Below are positions 10,473-20,943 of a stretch of DNA of 64,000 nucleotides, one piece after another. Source of the stretch: Octopus sinensis (taxonomy: Eukaryota); assembly GCF_006345805.1 (NCBI RefSeq), contig NC_043026.1:9796001-9860000 (forward strand), given 5' to 3'. How positions within the stretch are numbered: the stretch's first letter is position 1; each line of letters opens with the position of its first letter. The position numbers were made by a program, and so were the translations under genes. The notes beneath the pieces are model-generated. The model had not been told where the DNA came from. It did no database searches and saw only the letters and a program-made list of their open reading frames with translations.

Positions 10473-11723
10473 CTAATTTCCTTTCTCTTTTGTATGAATA
10501 CACTTGTGTGCAATTAATTTACTATTCTCAGTGAATGATTTAGCACAGATATCACAGTGATGTGGCTTCCTTGCATGAATACGCTTGTGGGAAGACAAGG
10601 AACTGGTGTTAGAGAATGATTTACCACAGACATCACAGTGATATGGTTTCTCTCCTGTATGAGTACGTTTGTGTTTAATTAAAGTATACCTTACAGTAAA
10701 CGATTTACTACAGACATCACAGTGATATGGCTTCTCTCCTGTATGAGTACGTTCGTGTATAGTTAAAGTACCACTTGTAGTGAATGATTTACCACATATA
10801 ACACAGTGATATGGTTTTTCTCCTGTGTGAATACGTCTGTGTTTAGTTAAGTGACTACTGTAAGAGAACAATTTATCACAGATATCACAGTGATATGGTT
10901 TCTCTCCTGTATGAATAAGTATGTGTTTAGTTAAAGTAGAACTTACAGTAAACGATTTACCACAGATATCACAGTGATATGGTTTCTCTCCTGTATGAGT
11001 ACGTTTATGTTTAATTAAAGTGGAACTTACAGTAAACAATTTACCACAGATATCACAGTGATAAGGTTTCTCTCCTGTATGAGTACGTTCGTGTGTAGTT
11101 AAAGTACCACTTTCAGTGAATGATTTACCACATATAACACAGTGAAATGGTTTCTCTCCTGTATGAATACGTTTGTGTGTAATTAATTTATTATTTTGAG
11201 AAAATGATTTACCGCAGATATCACAGTTATATGGTTTCTCCCCTGTATGAATACGTTTATGGGCAGTTAAATTACTACCGTCAGTGAACGATTTATCACA
11301 GATATCACAATGATATGGTTTCTCCCCTGTATGAATACGTTTATGGGCAGTTAAATTACTACCGTCAGTGAACGATTTATCACAGATATCACAGTGATAG
11401 GGTTTCTCCCCTGTATGAATACGTTTATGTGCAGTTAAATTACTACCGTCGGTGAATGATTTACCACAGATATCACAATGATATGGCTTTTCTCCTGTGT
11501 CAGTACGTTTCAGAGCAGTAAATTTACTACTTTTATAGAGTGATTTACTAGAGACATCAGAGTAATACAGATTCTCTTCTGAATGAATTTGTTTGTGTTT
11601 AGTTAGGTTTCTCTTTTGAGAGAAGGACTTTCTACAGACATCACAGTCATATGACAATTTTCTTTTCTCTTGTATTATGTCTTTAGGGGAAATCAATGCT
11701 TTACTTTTCTCATACTTCTCCAT
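10473..11723 (-). CDS. C2H2 zinc-finger protein (ZNF-2), 416 aa, 13 intact fingers plus 1 degenerate
   Basis: TGEKPY linkers; three consecutive near-identical fingers (TDGSNLTAH); shared N-terminal peptide. Confidence 0.95.
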   Translation of the reverse strand: MEKYEKSKALISPKDIIQEKRKLSYDCDVCRKSFSQKRNLTKHKQIHSEENLYYSDVSSKSLYKSSKFTALKRTDTGEKPYHCDICGKSFTDGSNLTAHKRIHTGEKPYHCDICDKSFTDGSNLTAHKRIHTGEKPYHCDICDKSFTDGSNLTAHKRIHTGEKPYNCDICGKSFSQNNKLITHKRIHTGEKPFHCVICGKSFTESGTLTTHERTHTGEKPYHCDICGKLFTVSSTLIKHKRTHTGEKPYHCDICGKSFTVSSTLTKHILIHTGEKPYHCDICDKLFSYSSHLTKHRRIHTGEKPYHCVICGKSFTTSGTLTIHERTHTGEKPYHCDVCSKSFTVRYTLIKHKRTHTGEKPYHCDVCGKSFSNTSSLSSHKRIHARKPHHCDICAKSFTENSKLIAHKCIHTKEKGN

Positions 11724-12095
11724 ATTTCCTTAAAATCACAGTTTATATAAACTTTCTTGCTTTTCTCCTTTTATTTTATTTCTCACAAATATTTATGCTG
11801 CTATATTCTGCTCCAGTGTTACTTTATCAAACAACTCCTTTGTAAATTTATCCAAGATTAATCAGCACACAAACTCATCTTGTAGACACTCTAGTACGGA
11901 AAATTTGATAATAATCTCAGGTCATAGCAAATATTCCACAGAATTCTATTCATATACCATTTTCCTTTAGTCTTCAAAAGATGATAAATACTGAGAATAG
12001 ATCTTCTGTTATTCCAATGTCATCCGATATTCTGAAATAATAAAGAAACAACAGTGTAAGATAAAGAAGCTGCTTTCAAAATACAGATTCAACTG
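11724..12095 (-). promoter_or_regulatory. ZNF-2 5'UTR and conserved acceptor (AG 12033-12032)
   Basis: cagttgaatctg...atcttacactgttgtttctttattatttcAG|aatatcggatgacattgg. Confidence 0.7.
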
Positions 12096-12259
12096 AGGAA
12101 AGTTTACAACATTTCTACAGAGATAGACTTTAGAAATAAGCATTTACCCAAACAACTGAACTTTTTAATGTATTAAAATTTACATCACAGAATCTTGTGT
12201 GTAGCTTACATATTTGTAAACCACAGCTACACCGTCACATTGTGTAATATTATTTCGAA

Positions 12260-12660
12260 GGAGTGGCCGTGTGGTAAGTAGCTTGTCTACCAACCACAAG
12301 GTTCCGGGTTCAGTCCCACTGCGTGACACCTTGGGCAAATGTCTTCTACTATAGCCTCGGGCCGACCAAAGCCTTGTGAGTGGATTTGGTAGACGGAAAC
12401 TGAAAGAAGCCCGTCGTATATATGTATATATATATATATGTATGCGTGTGTGTGTTTGTGTGTCTGTGTTTGTCCCCCTAGCATTGCTTGACAACCGATG
12501 CTGGTGTGTTTATGTCCCCGTTACTTAGCGATTCGGCAAAAGAGACCGATAGAATAAGTACTGGGCTTACAAAAGAATAAGTTCCGGGGTCGATTTGCTC
12601 GATTAAGGGCGGTGCTCCAGCATGGCCGCAGTCAAATGACTGAAACAAGTAAAAGAGTAA
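12260..12660 (+). mobile_element. tRNA-headed SINE family A
   Basis: ggagtggc(c/t)gtgtggtaag head, ggttc(c)gggttcagtccc B-box region, central (TA)/(GT) tract, (AAAAGAGT)n tail. Confidence 0.9.
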
Positions 12661-13159
12661 ACACAGAATAGTGGGCAATGACGTTCTTCTCTCCCCTGAA
12701 ATATCATTTGACGTTATTGTTTAGCCACAGGTTAGCTTCCAACTGGACAACAATATGATCAAAGACTTTCCTTTCATGTTTTTCTCTCTAGCATTGTATG
12801 AGAGGGTTCTGAAAATATCCTGGCTTTAGAAGTATTGTGAAAGGCCTGGTTGGAGACACAACATTCCGAGTTCTATTACAAGGGCCTTAGAAGAACAAAG
12901 GCTCCTTTCAGTTTCAGTGTACGGAATCCACTCACAAGACTTCGGTCAGAAGTAGAAGACTCTTGCCTAATTTGCCATGCACTGGGACTGAACCCAAGAC
13001 AAAGTAGCAAGTAGTGGGACTGAACTGGGAACCATGTGGTCGGGAAGCGAGTTTTGTACCTCACAGCCACGCCAGCGCCTAAGAATTGTATTTTTCACAA
13101 CAAATTCCTACATAATCGTTATCTGAAACATGTTTGTGAAAAATTTCATTTCTCTTTTT

Positions 13160-13550
13160 TTTTCTTTTTTGTTTTTGTTTCAGTCATTTGACTGCGGCCA
13201 TGCTGGAGCACCGCCTTTAGTCGAGCAAATCGACCCCGGGACTTATTCTTTGTAAGCCCAGTACTTATTCTATCGGTCTCTTTTGCCGAATCGCTAAGTG
13301 ACGGGGACGTAAACACACCAGCATCGGTTGTCAAGCAATGCTAGAGGGACAAACACAGACACACACACATACATATATATATATACATATACATGACAGG
13401 CTTCTTTCAGTTTCCGTCTACCAAATCCACTCACAAGGCATTGGTCGGCCCGAGGCTATAGTAGAAGACACTTGCCCAAGGTGCCACGCAGTGGGACTGA
13501 ACCCGGAACCATGTGGTTGGTAAGCAAGCTACTTACCACACAGCCACTCC
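13160..13550 (-). mobile_element. SINE family A
   Basis: Full-length match to the family. Confidence 0.9.
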
Positions 13551-13972
13551 TGCGCCTATATTAATAAATCTTTATTTTTCAGAAAGTTATGAGGAAATAA
13601 ATTGCTTGTGGGGTGGGCACATATCGGTGGCTATACCAAAAAGCAAATATTCCATAAATATAATAGAATATATTAGTTTGTGAACATTTCAGTGATTGGA
13701 GTGTGTTTGAGAATATTTCTCAAACTGAAAGCAACACAACAAACTAACGTGGCAACGGTGGAGTGTAGAAGGTAGCTTCTATAGCTTAAAATAGCAGCCA
13801 AATCTCGCACGAACCATCGATTGTAGTAGTTCACCCGAGCTCTGCAACAACGACCACGAGGCATTCGACGAAAGAATACCATAAAGTATTGGTTTCTCGA
13901 GTTAAAACGAAGGAATGCGGTTTCTCAATATTTCAGTGGCTGCAGTGTATTTGAGAATATTTTTCAAACTAA

Positions 13973-14828
13973 CATATGGTCAGAGATTCTAATTCCAGGT
14001 ATGGAAGCAAGGTCTAGAATTGAGGGGCCTTAGAGTTAACCTAGCAAAAATCCAAGTCTTAGAAAGTAGGAAGACAGACAAATAACAAATCCCTTCAGGT
14101 GGATGGTTCTGCTCGATCTGTAGAAATTCCATAAGGTGTAAGCTTTGGACACCAGGAAGCCAGCCATCCACCTGATTGTGCTAGCCAGATTGATTACATT
14201 CTCAACAGACAGCAGGATGCACAGTTGCTCTTAAATACAAAGAGTCTGTGGTGAAGAATGTACACCCAGCATAGACTAGTCATTAGTGATTTTAGACTTC
14301 AGGCGAGAAGGATGCTAAGAAGCAGACCAACCTGGAAAAGAAGGATTTGGAAGCTTCAAAACCTTTCATATGGTCAGAGATTCTAATTCCAGGTATGGAA
14401 GCAAGGTCTAGAATTGAGGGGCCTCGGAGTTAACCTAGCAAAAATCCAAGTCTTAGAAAGTAGGAAGACAGACAAATAACAAATCCCTTCAGGTGGATGG
14501 TCCTGCTCGATCTGTAGAAATTCCATAAGGTGTAAGCTTTGGACACACAAAAGGTGCAGCAATATCCAGAGGAAGGTTAACAAGGAAACTAGCTTTTGTA
14601 TGTGGAAGATGTACAGGTAAAATAAGCAGTGAAAATGTGCAGAAAATTGGGGAATCGCTCTGCTAGTAATATATATAATACATACACTTATAACTTTACT
14701 GCCCTTTATGAGACATTTCTGTAAGTATTAAACAGCTTTACAGATTAAAAGGATAATAGGGATAGAGACAGGTGTTTTGCTATAGAAAAGGCACAAGTGT
14801 ATGCCTGTTGGAAAGGAAGGAAGAGAAA
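13973..14828 (+). repeat. Inverted copy of ~7896-8752 inserted into the ZNF-2 intron
   Basis: Reverse-complement match including the RTE tandem-duplication junction; splits an intronic motif that is intact at 13700-13790. Confidence 0.85.
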
Positions 14829-15036
14829 TGGAGAGTGTAGAAGGTAGCATCTTCAGCTAGAAATAGCAGCCAAATCATAAACCGTTGTCGTGCACCTGAG
14901 CATTGTATACAACAATTACATAATTATATATTATATTTCATCCGTAAATGATAGGAGGGAGAGACACAAAGAATCGACACCCACTAAAATCGAACTTCTC
15001 CAGTATTAAAACATTAAATACGTCTACTACGTTAAT

Positions 15037-15230
15037 ACTTACGGAAATGTTTCATATTGTATAATGTTATTACAACTGTCCGTGTGATACTAGAGGAATG
15101 TACTATAAGTATGTCATCATCATCATTATCTAAAGTCCGTTGTCCATGGTTAGTATAAGAGTAGTGCTTAATTAAAAAGAAATTTGCGATGTTAAGCTTG
15201 AAACGAAAGTTTGTTGAATGCGCATGCGTA
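15037..15230 (-). promoter_or_regulatory. Putative ZNF-2 promoter and exon 1 (donor GTAAGT 15042-15037)
   Basis: gaaacatttcc|GTAAGT; TGCGCATGCG at 15219-15228. Confidence 0.6.
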
Positions 15231-15282
15231 TCTCGTATTTGAAATGTTCGTCACAGTTGGCGACGACCGTTACGGTCTCTGA

Positions 15283-15810
15283 GTTCAAATTCCGCCGAGG
15301 TCGACTTTGCCTTTCATCCTTTCGGGGTCGATAAATTAAGTACCAGTTACGCACTGAGGTCGATGTAATCGACTTAATCCCTTTGTCTATCCTTGTTTGT
15401 CCCCTCTGGGTTTAGTCCCTTGTGGGTAGTAAAGAAATAGGTATTTCGTCTGTCTTTACGTTCTGAGTTCAAATTCCGCCGAGGTCGACTTTGCCTTTCA
15501 TCCTTTCGGGGTCGATAAATTAAGTACCAGTTACGCACTGAGGTCGATGTAATCGACTTAATCCCTTTGTCTATCCTTGTTTGTCCCCTCTGTGTTTAGT
15601 CCCTTGTGGGTAGTAAAGAAATAGGTATTTCGTCTGTCTTTACGTTCTGAGTTCAAATTCCGCCGAGGTCGACTTTGCCTTTCATCCTTTCGGGGTCGAT
15701 AAATTAAGTACCAGTTGCGTACTGGGTCGATATAATCGACTTAATCCATTTGTTTGTCCTTGTTTGTCCCCTCTGTGTTTATCCCCTTGTGGGTAGTAAA
15801 GAAATAAGTA
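15283..15810 (+). mobile_element. SINE family B, head-to-tail trimer
   Basis: Three units joined at gaaataggtatttcgtctg. Confidence 0.9.
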
Positions 15811-16382
15811 TTTTTTCGACTAGAAACTGTTCAAACGTTTTACAGTGTTACTTTACAAGTAAAACATTTCACTTCACTTTTTTATTCCGGGGACAAGAAA
15901 AGGAGATAAAACAAAACAATTAGTTGGAGAGAATATTTAACAAATAAATAATTATGTTTTTAATAAATGACAATTCAAACTAATGTATAAGATGATGATG
16001 ATGATGGTTTTTGTGGTGGTGGGGATGTGAACACTTGCATTTTGGGGACCAATGTGTAAACAAAACACTTGAGTTGTTGAGTAAATGTAAATGAATGCTT
16101 TCTCAGTTGGAAACAACTGGGATTATTTCAAAATGGATTTTTAGATCTTAAGAGGGAGGAAGTGAAAATCAAATCCAAATAACAACAGGAGAGTCTTTGT
16201 GATAAGAGGCTTGCTTCCCAACTACATGGTTCCAGGTTCAGTCCCACCATGTAATCGACTTAATCCCTTTGTCTATCCTTGTTTGTCCCGTCTGTGTTTA
16301 GCCCCTTGTGGGTAATAAAGAAATAGGCAATATACAACCATCCCCACCCGCGTTATATTATGGTTGTCTTGGGTTAAGGCAG

Positions 16383-16795
16383 GGATCTTTTCGGTTTGAA
16401 CGGCAGTTTTTTCTAGCGGTGTCATATGGAATTGTCACCCATAATTATGACCCTAGTATAGATATATTGCATTTCAATCTGTTTTAAGGTTAGGGGTGGA
16501 GGAAGGGTATCTTTTTTTCTTCACAAATATAAATAAACCCAATCTGTTTCTTAAACGAGGGACATATTCATACGGCACAGAATGTTGTTTACCTCAGTAG
16601 ACGTCATTGATTGGTTGAAATTGCAGAAATTGAAGAAAAAAGCAACAACAAATATCTTACAAACTATAGAATTTTCTCAATAAAGCCAAGAGAAAAAGAT
16701 GTTTTGTAAACACATTCTACCAGTATACGAAGTTTAAAAGTGTTTAGTTACGTGGAAATTATTTTAAAAAACTGCCGTTCAAACCGAAAAGATCC
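16383..16795. mobile_element. MITE with perfect 30-bp TIRs
   Basis: GGATCTTTTCGGTTTGAACGGCAGTTTTTT at 16383-16412 and inverted at 16766-16795; no TSD seen. Confidence 0.85.
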
Positions 16796-17069
16796 AACAT
16801 GGATATATAATGTACATACTTTTAATGTGATTATGTGTATGTGTATATTTTATTCAGCTGGCCATGGTACCTATATATATATGTGTGTGAGTGTGTGTGT
16901 AATGCAAACACCCACTATTGTGTTCAAGAACCTTGTGAAGGGTGCCAGCAAGAGGGTCTCGAACTATTCTCTAATCAAGATATCTTCGACTCCACCGCCC
17001 CCTACTATTACGAAGCACTGGCGTCCAGTGAGTCTAAGCACTGTACCCCCTATATGCCGGGTCCTAAAT

Positions 17070-17150
17070 CAGATTTAGTGGGGCAGATGAGTCTAATAGA
17101 AGGCTTAGTGGAGAAGTTGGGTTTGTGGTCCTTCAAGATGGAGTATGGAG
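17070..17150 (-). mobile_element. Possible Penelope-like RT fragment
   Basis: Translates LKDHKPNFSTKPSIRLICPTKSDLG, resembling a motif I associate with invertebrate Penelope-like elements; short. Confidence 0.45.
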
Positions 17151-17170
17151 GGGATAGTTTAGGTGTATAT

Positions 17171-17311
17171 ACTCTTTTACTCTTTTACTTGTTTCAGTCA
17201 TTTGACTACGGCCATGCTGGAGCACCGCCTTTAATCGAGCAAATCGATCCCGGGACTTATTCTTTTGTAAGCCCAGTACTTATTCTATCGGTCTCTTTTG
17301 CCGAACCACTA
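17171..17311 (-). mobile_element. SINE family A 3' segment fused to the 7SL-derived sequence
   Basis: tagtggttcggcaaaagagacc...aaaagagtaaaagagt tail. Confidence 0.85.
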
Positions 17312-17546
17312 TATGGTTCAGTTCTATTTAGTATCTTTTGCCTGCTGCGTTTCCGCCCTGGGTCCTTAGACAACCTGGTCCTGATGAGCTCCCTCTCCAG
17401 CACCATATTGATGCCGAGCTTAGTGCGGACACCCGATTGCCATAGAAGACCAACTACCAGGACTCCCATCCTCAAACCGGCCAACCAACCAACCAAACAA
17501 CCAAGCCTCCGAGTAGCTGGATTACAGGAGCACGTCACAACTCCGT
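17306..17546 (-). ncRNA. 7SL: 7SL (SRP) RNA-derived sequence, probably a pseudogene (3'-truncated)
   Basis: Minus strand: ...cctgtaatccagctactcggaggct (Alu domain), atcgggtgtccgcactaagctcggcatcaatatggtg, helix-6 GGAG loop, accaggttgtctaagg, helix-8 cccagggcgGAAAcgcagcagg; (TTGG)n insertion and apparent loss of the ggggtgaaccgg segment. Confidence 0.9.
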
Positions 17547-17594
17547 TATTTATTCTTCTTCTTCTTTATATGATGGACTCTCCTGTCGTTAGAT

Positions 17595-18350
<756 letters not shown>

Positions 18351-18359
18351 TGCGCCTGA

Positions 18360-19309
18360 TTTATGAGGGTTCAGCAATTTCTCACTGAACAACCACACAG
18401 ATGATTCGTTTATAGTCATCAAATGTTTATGTAGGCACGAGCTCACTCGCTCCGGCAAATCGACATTACCTGTACAGGTGCGACTGGGTGCCACATGTCA
18501 GATGTCGAAGGGATCGCAGAACAACATGAAATGTTAGTTAGTTAATTTGGCTCAAAAGCAAATAGCAAGGCCATGTAGGGGGACATGGAGTTAAGTACAG
18601 GGTGGTGTTCATGTAAAGAGTTCAGGCCACTTGAGGTCCAGGGAGGCTTTGAACAAAGCGGTCGTCGGCATCTTCACCATCTCGTCTGGCAGCTTGTTCC
18701 ACGGATCCGCAACCCGGACGGAGAAAGCTCCTCTCCTTCGATTGAAATGAAATCGTCGCAGGTAGAGCTTTTTGGAATGACCCCGCAGCCGACGCTCTGG
18801 AGCAGGAGTGAAGAACAGCTCTTTTGAGAGGTTACACTTTCCGCTTATGATGCTGTGGGCGAGAATGAGATCACCACAGCGGTGGCGTTTTTCAAGAGAA
18901 TAAAGGTCGAGCGTCCTCAGCCTTTCTTCATAGGACAAATTTTTGAGACCATGAACCATGCGGGTAGCCAGCTTCTGGACTCTTTCGAGATGCTGTATGT
19001 CTTTGAGGAGATAAGGAGAAGAGGCTTGAATCCCATACTCAAATATGGGTCTCACCAGCGTGATATAGAGTGGTAGGAATATGGCTGCTGTGAGCATTCC
19101 GAATGACCGTCGAATCAAGAACAGAATTCCGCGTGCTTTGTTGGCAGCATGGACGCACTGGGCTGAAGGTGAAAAGGAGGAATCCACCAAGATACCCAGG
19201 TCCTTTGAAGTGCTTTGCTCAAGAACACAACGCAACGCCCTGTCTGGGAATCGAACCCACGGTGTCGCAATCATGAGTGCAACACCTTAACCACTGAGCC
19301 ATGCGCATA
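18360..19309 (-). mobile_element. tRNA-headed SINE (family E-like) split by a CR1 insertion
   Basis: Head tggctcagtgg...gggttcgattccc...cttgagcaaagcacttc at 19309-19207; continues atttcatgttg at 18532. Confidence 0.75.
18533..19206 (-). mobile_element. CR1-clade LINE, 5'-truncated 3' end
   Basis: KDLGILVD...LVRPIFEYG...LERVQKLATRM...YEERL...RGHSKKL...FSVRVADPWNKLP, short 3'UTR and (TAAC)n tail; about 200 codons without a stop. Confidence 0.93.
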
Positions 19310-19690
19310 TATACACACATACATACACACCGCTTGTGAGTGTATATATTGCAACAATATTTGTTAATTTGTAGAATGCAACATAAGCGATTTAGGTACA
19401 ATTCCTGGTGAACCCAATATTGATATTAGAAATATTGAATTTCTAAATGTCTCAGAGAGACATGAGCGGTGGTGGGGCGATAAAGGGGTTGCATACTGTC
19501 AACTTAACGTGACAGTCCCGTAAAGGGAATTACACCACCGCTATTTAGCCCTAGGAAGCATCGACGCTTCCTGTCGGCTTTGACACATTTCCTGTGTCCT
19601 TATATTTGCAAAGGGGAGGCAAGAACCCCCACCAGCTAGGATTAGCACCTGAATATTAATAATAATAATAACAACAACAACAACAACAAC

Positions 19691-20353
<663 letters not shown>

Positions 20354-20875
20354 AGCGTATATTACTTCTTTATACTCTTCTCGGGTTCATTTGTTCCGCT
20401 TACATTTTTCTTTCTGTGGTGGTTGTGGTGGTGAACTTGGAGGGCTCGAGTTGGGGGATTTCCCGTTCAAGTGACCATCCATGTCCGTATTCGGAGAAGA
20501 GTTTGTGCCAGTTGATGACTTTTCGATCCCAGGCTAGCTCTTCCCTGGGGGACGCGCTTCCAGATTAACCATAGGACAAGCGATTTGGTATACTGATTTA
20601 GTTTTCCTTTTAGTGATTGTCTTAACTGGTACATCACACGTATTGAGAAGAGCAGATTGTCTTAACTGGTGCATCACACGTATTGAGAAGAGCATTGTCG
20701 ATGTGAGAACTGTTGCTGCTCATGTATTTTAATTCAACTTAAAAATAAAAAAAAATGAACGAACTACTGAGTTTGGTTTAATGGCCTACCAATGTATACT
20801 ATGAGTTTCTTTGCCCTAGGAGTCGGGAAGACACTTGGCAAGAAATGGAAGCAAATTTGAAAGAAGAAGAAAAAA

Positions 20876-20912
<37 letters not shown>

Positions 20913-20943
20913 CAACAACAAAGTATAATATTTATGAAAATAT

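Noticed and set aside
17503-17530. Alu-like 25-mer suggesting human contamination
   Set aside because: It is the 7SL Alu domain; it continues into the S domain, which Alus lack, and into local SINE sequence
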